DNA from: a virus
Lineage: Duplodnaviria; Caudoviricetes
IMG/VR virus record: IMGVR_UViG_3300036719_002132
Location: 1 to 44,494 of that record
DNA length: 44,494 nucleotides
Direction: 5' to 3' (one strand)
Below, piece by piece: positions 1 to 8,746 of this stretch. Position numbers and translations under genes: made by a program. Position 1 is the stretch's first letter; each line of letters opens with the position of its first letter. The notes beneath the pieces were generated by a model. That model was not told the origin of the DNA and did not search any database. It saw only the letters and a list, made by a program, of their open reading frames with translations.

Positions 1-54
1 CTTGGTTTTTAAGACCGATACATCGTCTTGATGTTTGTTTAACTCTGTGATCAT
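1..54 (-). CDS. 5' fragment of a gene running off the window edge (MITELNKHQDDVSVLKTK...)
   Basis: ATG at 54-52 is open to the window edge and lies 7 nt downstream of a GTGTAAA motif; an alternative ATG at 58 is in another frame. Confidence 0.45.
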   Translation of the reverse strand, partial: MITELNKHQDDVSVLKTK

Positions 55-61
55 GCATATA

Positions 62-68
62 TTTACAC
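62..68 (-). promoter_or_regulatory. GTGTAAA putative phage (late) promoter element
   Basis: Recurring intergenic motif, directly after a terminator and 7 nt before an ATG. Confidence 0.5.
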
Positions 69-96
69 AAAAAAGCCCACAGTTTCCTGTGGGCTT
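69..96 (-). terminator. Rho-independent terminator
   Basis: AAGCCCACAG-GAAA-CTGTGGGCTT stem-loop running into a T tract on the minus strand, just after the 119..334 gene. Confidence 0.85.
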
Positions 97-118
97 AGTG
101 ACTTAGGTTTCGCGTAGA

Positions 119-334
119 TTAGCGTCCATAGCTGCGACCTTGGAAGGTAACGCCACGAATGCTAGACTTCGTGAAGCGGCGAACGCGACCAGCATTGCGA
201 TCTTCGACTAGAATAGTCGATGGGGTTTCGCTGAGAAGGCGAGCGTTAACCGTTTCAGTTGTTGTCCGAAGGCCGAAATAACGACCTGATGTCCGACGAA
301 TTGCGCTAAGTGCGCGAGTGCTGTTTGTGCTCAT
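119..334 (-). CDS. Small, very basic hypothetical protein (71 aa; possible SH3/Sm-like beta-barrel)
   Basis: ORF restarted at ATG 334 (MSTNSTRAL...); flanked by its own consensus promoter and terminator; Arg-rich. Confidence 0.75.
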   Translation of the reverse strand: MSTNSTRALSAIRRTSGRYFGLRTTTETVNARLLSETPSTILVEDRNAGRVRRFTKSSIRGVTFQGRSYGR

Positions 335-342
335 ATTGCTTA

Positions 343-1335
343 TTATTTCCAAGCATTATAGAACTCTTGGATCGAATTGTCAATACCTTTTTGAAGAAAA
401 AATCTGAACTTGATCTTATTGTAGATCTCTTCTGACTTAGCTGCCCAGTACTTTAGTATCGGACGATTTCTTTCTCCAAACGTGAGATACTCAGCTAATA
501 TTTTTGAATTAAAATAACAAAATGCGAACACTTCTGTTGCGTCGATGTACTTGATCAGAGTCGCTTTATCTAACTGCAAATGAGATACAAGATCATTGAA
601 GCTTTGGTCGCTAGCGTTTAACGTATATTTGCAAAGCAAAGAATCAATATATATGTTTGCGTTAGCCGCATACTCAAAGTTGATCAACCTAAACTCTTTG
701 TCAGGCTTGCTATTATCAACTACAATGTTCTTTGGCGTGATATCAAAATGGCAAATGCCAACGTCTTTCGTCGGCTTATAAAGCCCCAAGAATACGTTTC
801 TGCATTGCGGGAAAAGATGAGCCAGCGGGAAAACAGAAACTGAAGCTAAGGCTTCCTTTGGTAAAAATGAGTTTAATACCGACGCCGTGTCGTCCGTGTC
901 TTTTAGTTTAATCGCGTGAAGTCTATTGATTAATTCACCAATTTGATGCTGTATGCCAAGATGCTTGGACAAAAGATACTCAGTAAGATAAGACGCTTTA
1001 TGTAATTTGGATGTTTTATAACAATAAAAAACATAATCGCCCGTGAGGTTGCTGGAAACTATTTCGGGATGAAACGAGAACTTATTAATCGCTAGCTCGT
1101 TCCAAAAGTTAGGAGTATCTGGAGAGAGGTTTACTTTTACATCGAAACACTCCTTGCCGGATCGCAAGGAGTATTCGTCATAATGCACCTCGCTTGAGGC
1201 GCGAAACTTTTCCTTTATAGCGGCTCCCAAACTCAACTCTATTTGACCACACACGAAGTCCAGCATCTCCTGCTCTATTGGCAGGAGGGTGCCATTAGTT
1301 ACTGTGTGTTGCAAGTAGTTTTTTTGTTTTTCCAT
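343..1335 (-). CDS. APH/choline-kinase-like phosphotransferase family protein (possibly degenerate)
   Basis: Brenner-type motif CHFDITPKN, LHAI, and LINFEYA where IDFEYA is typical; start uncertain. Confidence 0.65.
   Translation of the reverse strand: MEKQKNYLQHTVTNGTLLPIEQEMLDFVCGQIELSLGAAIKEKFRASSEVHYDEYSLRSGKECFDVKVNLSPDTPNFWNELAINKFSFHPEIVSSNLTGDYVFYCYKTSKLHKASYLTEYLLSKHLGIQHQIGELINRLHAIKLKDTDDTASVLNSFLPKEALASVSVFPLAHLFPQCRNVFLGLYKPTKDVGICHFDITPKNIVVDNSKPDKEFRLINFEYAANANIYIDSLLCKYTLNASDQSFNDLVSHLQLDKATLIKYIDATEVFAFCYFNSKILAEYLTFGERNRPILKYWAAKSEEIYNKIKFRFFLQKGIDNSIQEFYNAWK
355..383 (-). promoter_or_regulatory. Consensus sigma70 promoter
   Basis: TTGACA (383-378), 17 nt spacer, TATAAT (360-355). 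Confidence 0.85.
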
Positions 1336-3709
1336 CGATATGAAGCTGCCCGTCTTTGAGCGATACCTTTATTTGATTGTAGCCGTTCGTTGATAGAACG
1401 TCAACAATTTTTGACTTCAGTTCATTTTCGATGAAAAACACTATCTTGCGAGCGCCAGCATTAGAGTCTTTTGTTTGTTCAAATACATAGTCAATAACTT
1501 CTGGCGAGAACATGATCTTTGTCCCATTTTTAAGCAGCGAAGTTTTGATATGTTCAAGCTCAGAGTTGACCACTTTGATCAGCGACTCCTTATCGAGTTC
1601 GTCAAAAATGATAATTTCATTAAGACGAGCAAGAAATTCTGGACGGAAAAACTTCCGCAAGCCTTCCATAACCGTGTCCTTGTTCGGCTTATTTCCCTGA
1701 GCGATTGCGCCAAAGCCCATCCGCTTGTTATCGTGAATCTGATAGCCAACGTTACCAGTCATGATAATAATGCAGTTCTTAAAACTGAGCTTGTCTCCGC
1801 TTGATGTTGTAACTTGGCCACTATCCATGATTTGCAACAGTACGTTAACAACGTCTGGGTGAGCCTTTTCAATTTCATCAAACAGGAAAACAGACGATGG
1901 ACGCTTGTTAAGCTGAGACATCAGCGCGCTCGGATCTCCGTGTCCAATGTAACCGGGCGGCGATCCAATCAGTTTAGATACTGAATGAGACTCCATATAC
2001 TCGGACATGTCGATCACGCAAAGATTCGCGTCGCTTCCAAAAGCTTGTTTTGCTAGCGTTCTAGCCAAGTGCGTCTTGCCGGAACCTGTTGGGCCGATAA
2101 ACATGAAGTTGCCAAGCGGCCTTGTATCCTTTGACAATCCGTAAGAGCTTCTCAGAACGCAATCAGAAATCTTCTTGATTGCTTTATCTTGGCCGAAGAC
2201 ATACTTCTGTAGATTACTATAAATATTTTTAATGCCATCGTTATCGGCATTTACGTCGATCATCTTGCCGATCTTATCGGACAGAGCTTGATACACGTCT
2301 TTAGACTTTGCCTTGATCTTCTTCTTCTTTACCTGTTCGGCCCAAGCATCGTATTTAGCCTCGTAGTCTTTAACTATATCGGACAAATGATTGTCTTTAA
2401 CGTCTTTTGGAGCGAACTTCTCAAACTGCAAAATCAGTTTCTCTGTGTTTCTAATATCCTCTGGACGTGCAAACCCACGAATCTTGACCTTAGCTCCAAC
2501 TTGATCTAGGAGATCGATAGCCTTGTCTGGGAATCGACGGTTGGGCATATACTTTTCAGTAAGATTCACGATGTCGGTAAGAACCGGATCTGGGTAGCGA
2601 ATCATATGAAAACTCTCGTAAAAGCCACGAACGTTCTTTAGGATACCGAGCGTTTCTTCTTTCGTTGGCTCGCGAACAAAAACACTCTCAAAGCGTCGGC
2701 TCATAGCCGCGTCCTTAGCGAAATACGATTCGTATTCCTTTTGAGTCGTTGCTCCGATAAACGACATATCTTCTGACGTGAGATATGGTTTTAGAATGTT
2801 CGCGCCATCCATTTGTCCAGCATCATTACCCAAGCCGATCACGTTGTGAATCTCGTCGATGAACAAAATAACGTTATTCATCGCCTTAACCTCGTTCATG
2901 ATTCGAACGAGCTTCTCTTCGAACTCGCCACGAAGCTTAGTTCCGGCAATCAAAGCCCCAAGATCAAGAGACAAAATCCTCTTATTAATAAGGAACTCTG
3001 TGCAGTTGCAAGTAATGATGTTCTTGGCGATTAGACCAACAACGGCACTCTTGCCTACGCCAGCATCTCCAATCAGAATCGGATTTCTCTTCTGCTTACG
3101 GCATAGAATCTCGGACATCTGCTCTACTTCCTTGTCTCGGAAAAAGATATGGTCGAATTCTCCCTTTGCTGCCTTTTCGTTATAATCTACACAGAGAGTA
3201 GCAACTAGGCTATCTCCAGATCGCTGAGATGATGAGGATACTGGTTTTCTTATCGGATTGGAGATAAGCTTACACTCCTTTTCGATCTTTTCGGCCATAA
3301 ACCCAACATCGATACCATTCTTTTGAAAGAACTTTTTAACCGATTGTGAGTGTCTAAGGATCGAAAGAAAGACGTGCTCGATGCCTGTATAGTTCTGCTT
3401 GAATCCTTCTGAAATATTCTTGGATTCGGTGATGATTGATGTAGCGGTTTTGCTGAATGGAACGTCTGACTTGTTAAGCTTTTTCTTATCGCTCGGAAGT
3501 ACTTTCGAAAGTGCAATTATAACATTCTTATTATCAAGAGATAGCGATTGGAACACCAAATTAACGATCATCGATTCAGAAAAGAGCACTGCATGGAGCA
3601 GGAACTCGTCGGTTATTTCTGGATGATTATTCTCTAGACAACGTTGCTTCGCAATCTCTAAGGCTCGCTTCGCTCTCGGAGTGAAATTGATGTCTTGCAC
3701 TTTATTCAT
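1295..3709 (-). CDS. clpC: ClpA/ClpC-like AAA+ unfoldase (Clp protease ATP-binding subunit)
   Basis: Clp N-domain repeats (FTPRAKRAL; YTGIEHVFLSIL), NBD1 GDAGVGKS/LFIDEIH, RRFPDKAIDLLD, NBD2 GPTGSGKT/LFDEIEKAH, MGF loop, FRPEFLARL. Confidence 0.93.
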   Translation of the reverse strand: MNKVQDINFTPRAKRALEIAKQRCLENNHPEITDEFLLHAVLFSESMIVNLVFQSLSLDNKNVIIALSKVLPSDKKKLNKSDVPFSKTATSIITESKNISEGFKQNYTGIEHVFLSILRHSQSVKKFFQKNGIDVGFMAEKIEKECKLISNPIRKPVSSSSQRSGDSLVATLCVDYNEKAAKGEFDHIFFRDKEVEQMSEILCRKQKRNPILIGDAGVGKSAVVGLIAKNIITCNCTEFLINKRILSLDLGALIAGTKLRGEFEEKLVRIMNEVKAMNNVILFIDEIHNVIGLGNDAGQMDGANILKPYLTSEDMSFIGATTQKEYESYFAKDAAMSRRFESVFVREPTKEETLGILKNVRGFYESFHMIRYPDPVLTDIVNLTEKYMPNRRFPDKAIDLLDQVGAKVKIRGFARPEDIRNTEKLILQFEKFAPKDVKDNHLSDIVKDYEAKYDAWAEQVKKKKIKAKSKDVYQALSDKIGKMIDVNADNDGIKNIYSNLQKYVFGQDKAIKKISDCVLRSSYGLSKDTRPLGNFMFIGPTGSGKTHLARTLAKQAFGSDANLCVIDMSEYMESHSVSKLIGSPPGYIGHGDPSALMSQLNKRPSSVFLFDEIEKAHPDVVNVLLQIMDSGQVTTSSGDKLSFKNCIIIMTGNVGYQIHDNKRMGFGAIAQGNKPNKDTVMEGLRKFFRPEFLARLNEIIIFDELDKESLIKVVNSELEHIKTSLLKNGTKIMFSPEVIDYVFEQTKDSNAGARKIVFFIENELKSKIVDVLSTNGYNQIKVSLKDGQLHIDGKTKKLLATHSN

Positions 3710-3748
3710 TTTACACTAATGGATGTATGTTTTTGAATGTTTAATTTC

Positions 3749-6328
3749 TTACTTATCCGGCGTTTGTTCAACTAGGTCGTGTTTAGTGTAGATCTTTTCT
3801 GATAGGATTGTCAAGCCATTTAGGAAAATAGAATCTTCGGCTTTCGAACCGTAAACAACAACGATGTCATCTTCCTTCGGAGTTTTGCCGCCGCCTTCGT
3901 AGTACATCGTGAACTTATCGTCACGACCGCCATCAGTTAAACGGCAGACCATTTGACCGTACTCGTCAGAAATTTTAACTAATAAATAAGCGCGACCCGC
4001 TCTGCTGACTTTTTTGCGAGCTTCTTTCACTACTCCGACCATCTTGACTGAATCTCTAACTTGAAGCTGCGATGCTTCGTAAGTCGTGAATAGCCGTTCG
4101 TTTTCGTCTTGGTTGAAAACATCCTTTAACTTGTGCGTATAGCTGTAGCCGAGAAGCTTCTTTTCAAAAAACCAGTTGGCAAACTTCTCGTACTGCTTGT
4201 TCATATCGTAGATCTTCTTGTACGAAGAGTACTTCGTTTTGAACGTCTCAAATCGCTTTTCTGTCATGAACTGTTTGCCGTCGTCGCCAACTGACTTGTT
4301 CTTCGTCAATTCGGAAATCACGGTCAAAACATCGTAGTTATATTTGTCGGCTACGAGTTTGACGTTACGTTTTTCTCTATCGGTCAGAACGTTATAACTC
4401 TGAGCTTCTAGAACGAGCCTGCATCTCTTGTCGCTGAAGCTTGATAGAGTACCAGCTTGAATCAGAGCGGCCAAAACGCCGATGTTAACGCCAGCTTCTT
4501 TTGCCCCATCGAAACAGTCGATCTTGTTGCTGAATTCCGACTGGCGGAAACTCAGTAGATTTTCGAGAACTTTATCCGAGACTCCCTTGATTGCGTTTAG
4601 TCCGAAACGAATGTTATCGCCTTCGATTTCAAAGTCTGGATGAGACTTGGCAAGATCGGGAGGAAGCAAGCGAATTCCAAAGAAACTCAACTCTTGGGAA
4701 ATTGATTCGATTTCTTCATGAGGGTTCGGTTCGTGCTTCGATGACTTCAGAAGAGCCAAGAAGAACTCCTTTGGATGATTGAACTTCAAGTAAGTTGTTA
4801 ACGCACTAAGAGTGCCGTATGAAAAAGCGTGGGACGCATTGAAAGAATAATTCGCGCTGTCTTCCGCTACCTTCCACAACACATCAGCAATTTGAGTTTC
4901 TAAATTATTTTCAGCAACCTTGTTTCTAATCTTCTCTTGCCAAGCTGGCATTTCACTAACTTTCTTTTTGCCAATAATGCGGCGAACCGTTTCGGCTTCG
5001 TCGAGAGTAAATCCAACCTTCACGATCATCTTCATCAACTGCTCTTGGAAGATTGGAATGCCGCCAGTAACGCTCAAGATATCATCAAAGAACGGGTGAA
5101 CAGATTGGAACTGTCCTGTTTCAACGTACCTTGAGTACTGATCCAAGAAGTCTAGAGCGCCGGGGCGTGCGAGCGAAAGCACACAAGCAAGCTCAAGCAT
5201 GTTTCTCGGCTTAACCTTTTTACAAACATGGAAGTTAGTGTTAGCTTCAATCTGGAATAGACCCTTTGGATTTTGAAGGTCTTGCAAAAACTTATAAGTA
5301 GCGGGTTTATCAAAGTCTAGAGTCTTGAAGTCTAAGCCAAGACGTTGGCATGTATCGTAAACAACGGTTAGCGTTCTAAGACCGAGAATGTCGAATTTTA
5401 CCGTGATCTCGGAGATGTTGTTCATGTCGTAAGCTGATACGACCTCGCCGTCTCCAGTCTTTTGGAGTGGCATGATTTCTTCGTTATCGTAGTAAGAGAT
5501 CGAAATACCAGACGGGTGAACGCCAGTATTCTTGTTCAGCCCTTCGATTTTCTTAGCTACCCTAAAGACTTTTGGATTCTTATCGCAGAAAGCTTTGAAC
5601 TGTTCGCTCTCTTCGTAAGCGTCCTTGAGAGGAAAGACTTTGCCGAATTGCTTTGGGATAACGTCGCTAACGGCATTTACTTGATCCTCGTTTAGTTCAG
5701 CGATGATCTTCGCGCATTCTTTGATACAAAGCTTTCCAGTTAACGTATTCATCGTTAAGATTTTGCACGTTTTACCAGCGTACTTTGTTTTAATATAATT
5801 GATAACAGCCTGACGTTTCGAAAACTCGATGTCATTATCAACGTCTGGCATCAGCGAACCATCGAGATAAGTTACGCCATCGACGATGATCTTCTTTGCG
5901 CGGCTCTTCGAAACGAAACGCTCAAAGAACAAGCCGTTCTTAATCGGATCAATATTAGTTACGCCGATCAAAAACAAGATCAAAGATCCTGCGGCAGAAC
6001 CGCGTCCGTAGCCAGTAGGGATGTTATTTTCATGAGCGAACTTGAGAATATCCCAGTTAAGCAGGATGTAGTCAACGAAGCCCAAGTCGTTAAATACGTT
6101 AAGCTCCATTTTCGCCCGATCATAATATTCCTTTTTATTTGGCAGCTTATCGATCCCCTTTGAGACTACGGCCCTCAAGCAAAGCTGGCGAAGGAACTCA
6201 AAATTAGAAACGGTCTTGTCGATGCCGAGCGTTTCGTAGTACTTGTCGTCGATCTTGATCTCTGGAAGACGAACACCCGGTGGTACTGGATGCTCGTACT
6301 TCTGAAACTTAGAAGAAAGCGCGTTCAT
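3749..6328 (-). CDS. dnaE: DNA polymerase III alpha subunit, catalytic portion (no N-terminal PHP domain)
   Basis: GYGRGSAAGSL, FERF, MPDVDND, GVHPSG, KFDILGL, YSFNASHA, IRFGLNAIKGV, C-terminal OB fold. Confidence 0.95.
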   Translation of the reverse strand: MNALSSKFQKYEHPVPPGVRLPEIKIDDKYYETLGIDKTVSNFEFLRQLCLRAVVSKGIDKLPNKKEYYDRAKMELNVFNDLGFVDYILLNWDILKFAHENNIPTGYGRGSAAGSLILFLIGVTNIDPIKNGLFFERFVSKSRAKKIIVDGVTYLDGSLMPDVDNDIEFSKRQAVINYIKTKYAGKTCKILTMNTLTGKLCIKECAKIIAELNEDQVNAVSDVIPKQFGKVFPLKDAYEESEQFKAFCDKNPKVFRVAKKIEGLNKNTGVHPSGISISYYDNEEIMPLQKTGDGEVVSAYDMNNISEITVKFDILGLRTLTVVYDTCQRLGLDFKTLDFDKPATYKFLQDLQNPKGLFQIEANTNFHVCKKVKPRNMLELACVLSLARPGALDFLDQYSRYVETGQFQSVHPFFDDILSVTGGIPIFQEQLMKMIVKVGFTLDEAETVRRIIGKKKVSEMPAWQEKIRNKVAENNLETQIADVLWKVAEDSANYSFNASHAFSYGTLSALTTYLKFNHPKEFFLALLKSSKHEPNPHEEIESISQELSFFGIRLLPPDLAKSHPDFEIEGDNIRFGLNAIKGVSDKVLENLLSFRQSEFSNKIDCFDGAKEAGVNIGVLAALIQAGTLSSFSDKRCRLVLEAQSYNVLTDREKRNVKLVADKYNYDVLTVISELTKNKSVGDDGKQFMTEKRFETFKTKYSSYKKIYDMNKQYEKFANWFFEKKLLGYSYTHKLKDVFNQDENERLFTTYEASQLQVRDSVKMVGVVKEARKKVSRAGRAYLLVKISDEYGQMVCRLTDGGRDDKFTMYYEGGGKTPKEDDIVVVYGSKAEDSIFLNGLTILSEKIYTKHDLVEQTPDK

Positions 6329-6951
6329 ACTTCCACCTCCGAGATAAGTTTGCGAAAAACCATATAATTCATTTTGATGTCGTACAGAGCATTGTGAAGC
6401 TTCGATGGATCGTGATCGATAGCGAAATGCTTCAGTAGAAAGCCCTGACTAGCTTTGAGACCTTTTTCTCTAACGTTAACCAGCTTGATCTGCCAAGGAA
6501 GCAAATCGCCGTTTCGCTTGATTCCCTTGAACATAGCTACGGCAAGAGCGCGAGTATCGATCATCCGACGAACAAACTTCCAATCGTTCTTGATGCCGAT
6601 ACCCTGCATCATCGTGTTTAAGATATAGATATCGAAATTCAGGATATTGTGGCCGACGAAAATGTACTGGTCGTCGTAAAGATACTTGGCGAAATTCTTC
6701 CATACCTCCATCGGATCTTTTGCCTTAGATAAATACGCCGCATGATTAAATCCAGTAACCTTTGCCGCTTCTTCCGAAACATTTAGGTCATCGTATTTAA
6801 TGAACTCGTCGTGCTCTTCCAAGATCTGGTCGCCTTTACAAACGATCCAAGATAGCTGCCAAGGACGCGATGATGTTAACGAAAGCCCTTCGGTTTCCGT
6901 GTCGAAAACCACAAACTTTTGATTGATGTTTTGCTTTAAAAACGTGTTCAT
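6325..6951 (-). CDS. DEDDh 3'-5' exonuclease (DnaQ/epsilon-like)
   Basis: ExoI VFDTETEG, ExoII GHNILNFD, ExoIII LHNALYD; start moved to ATG 6951, which overlaps the upstream TAA. Confidence 0.9.
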   Translation of the reverse strand: MNTFLKQNINQKFVVFDTETEGLSLTSSRPWQLSWIVCKGDQILEEHDEFIKYDDLNVSEEAAKVTGFNHAAYLSKAKDPMEVWKNFAKYLYDDQYIFVGHNILNFDIYILNTMMQGIGIKNDWKFVRRMIDTRALAVAMFKGIKRNGDLLPWQIKLVNVREKGLKASQGFLLKHFAIDHDPSKLHNALYDIKMNYMVFRKLISEVEV

Positions 6952-7682
6952 TATTGTTTTTCCTTCCAAGACTCGAAACAGAATTCGCGACTGCCGCACC
7001 CATTGATTTCAGGGGCAGACAGTGTTTGTGACTTACCCATTCTGCGATTGCATGCGATTTTGTAGGTAACCCAAGCTTCGAAGTCTTCGCGCTTATTATA
7101 GTAGATCGACTTAGCTTCTATAATCGAAGCCCCAACTTCTTTCGACTTAATAAATTCCGCAGTTATCTTGTCGAATGGCAGATTATTGTCTTCAACGAAA
7201 AAGACTTGCGGAGTAAAGCTCGGCATGCAATCCGAAAAGCTATACATATTGTTCCAGATAAACGAGTCGTAGAATGGAATCGCGATAAGAATATCGTCGG
7301 TAAGCTTCGACTTTAAATCGTCATTCGCGATAACTCCTTCGTGCTCAACAAATGCAAGCGTGTAGATCTTATTGATCTGCTTGAAGCCAGCGTCATTCAA
7401 AGCGAACAGAATAACTTTGTGTGACGACGTTTGTACCGAATCATAAGAGTTGCAGACTGTGATTCTCAGTCCGAACTTTAGATGTATGTTGTGAGCCTTG
7501 CAGCTTTTGAATGCTGTCAAGAATCCAGTCAAAGAGTCTTCTACGAGATAGATCTCTTTCAGATCGTTCTCGATAGCGAGCGAAACAACGCTGTCTGGTC
7601 CGTCTTGCTTTTGCTTCTCTGGCTCAGACAGAGTGAGGATACTCTTGCCCGTCGAGAAGTGGGATTTGAATAAAGGAATCAT
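6951..7682 (-). CDS. Stand-alone PHP domain of DNA polymerase III alpha (metal ligands appear degenerate)
   Basis: IPLFKSHFS...SILT, LVEDSLTGF, IHLKFGLRI and ILFALNDAGFKQI match the DnaE PHP pattern. Confidence 0.8.
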   Translation of the reverse strand: MIPLFKSHFSTGKSILTLSEPEKQKQDGPDSVVSLAIENDLKEIYLVEDSLTGFLTAFKSCKAHNIHLKFGLRITVCNSYDSVQTSSHKVILFALNDAGFKQINKIYTLAFVEHEGVIANDDLKSKLTDDILIAIPFYDSFIWNNMYSFSDCMPSFTPQVFFVEDNNLPFDKITAEFIKSKEVGASIIEAKSIYYNKREDFEAWVTYKIACNRRMGKSQTLSAPEINGCGSREFCFESWKEKQ

Positions 7683-7693
7683 GCTGATAACTC

Positions 7694-7721
7694 ATCGTAG
7701 CAGATTCCCATCGGTTGTCAA
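7694..7721 (-). promoter_or_regulatory. sigma70 promoter for the polymerase genes
   Basis: TTGACA, 16 nt spacer, TACGAT with an extended TGn; 11 nt upstream of the PHP ATG. Confidence 0.65.
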
Positions 7722-8746
7722 GCCTTTTGATGCGCTGGACAGCCATCATATTCTTCTTTAGTGACCTTGAATCCTTCTGGCTTATTTTTAAATAAGTCGT
7801 CCATGTTTTCTTCCAAAGCTGTTTTGACAATCTTATTTTCTTTGTCGCGCAAGGCATAGTAGACGAATCCAAATTTATATGGACAGTGCCACATAGGTTC
7901 GCCATTCTTTTTTAATTGTCCTTTGTACTTGGCAAAGCCGCACGACAGCTTTCCAGAAAACGATCCGTCCGATGGCATTGGCTTGTGCGCAGCAAAGTTA
8001 GAATAAGCGTCCTTCTCCGAAAAGTTATCGACTACCTTTTGGACTTCCGAAAGGTGTAGTTCGAAATCCGACAAGTCCTTCTTCGAAAGCGGCTCCATTT
8101 TTAGCAAGCCAGAGTTCTCTTTACTCTTGAGATCGAATTTTAAGAATAAAAACTCCATCGCGACTTTGAAGTTTGGGTCGAGCTTTTGCGATGCTAACGT
8201 ATAAATAAAGTGCTGCAAGTTATCGTCAGCGTCTTTGCCGCTAAATACAGCCTTGCTTGTTTTGTAGTCGCGAACAACCGATGTGTTATCAGCATACAAG
8301 AATTGACGGTCGATGAATCCTCTGAGCCTATAGCTTTTATTTTTCTTAGAAACCTCAATGTCAAAGTTTCTTTCTTGAAGGTCTTTTACTACTTTGCCGT
8401 TACCAATGCCCCAAAAGTCGTGCTCAAGAGCCGCTAACGTCATTTCTTTAATCATCTGAACGTTATCTGGATCTGCAACGTGAAGCTCTCTAGCGTGCTT
8501 GAGAGCCAGCTTCTTTATGGACGCGATACAAAAAATATCTTTCGATTCAAGAATTTTATCTACATAGCTCTTGCGGTTCTTCTTGGCAAGCATTTCAAGA
8601 ACCAAGTGAACAACATTACCACGGCTAGCTCCATCGTTACTCTTCTCTGGCAACTTTAAGACATAAGAGCACCAGTATGACCAGCTACACTTCTCCAGCG
8701 TCTTTATTCTGCTGGCAGATAAGGCAACATGTTTAGGCTTATCCAA
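7718..8746 (-). CDS. PD-(D/E)XK exonuclease, AddB/RecB/Cas4-like
   Basis: LSASRIKTLEKC, GNVVH, RGFIDR, RDYKT, C-terminal Cys cluster (C...WHCPY...GCP). Confidence 0.85.
   Translation of the reverse strand: MDKPKHVALSASRIKTLEKCSWSYWCSYVLKLPEKSNDGASRGNVVHLVLEMLAKKNRKSYVDKILESKDIFCIASIKKLALKHARELHVADPDNVQMIKEMTLAALEHDFWGIGNGKVVKDLQERNFDIEVSKKNKSYRLRGFIDRQFLYADNTSVVRDYKTSKAVFSGKDADDNLQHFIYTLASQKLDPNFKVAMEFLFLKFDLKSKENSGLLKMEPLSKKDLSDFELHLSEVQKVVDNFSEKDAYSNFAAHKPMPSDGSFSGKLSCGFAKYKGQLKKNGEPMWHCPYKFGFVYYALRDKENKIVKTALEENMDDLFKNKPEGFKVTKEEYDGCPAHQKA

Noticed and set aside
3710-3716. GTGTAAA as the promoter of clpC
   Set aside because: It abuts the ATG with no spacing, so a transcript from it would miss the start codon; counted only as a motif occurrence
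7718-8746. Cas4 indicating a CRISPR-Cas locus
   Set aside because: No repeat-spacer array or other cas genes; the replication context fits a recombination exonuclease
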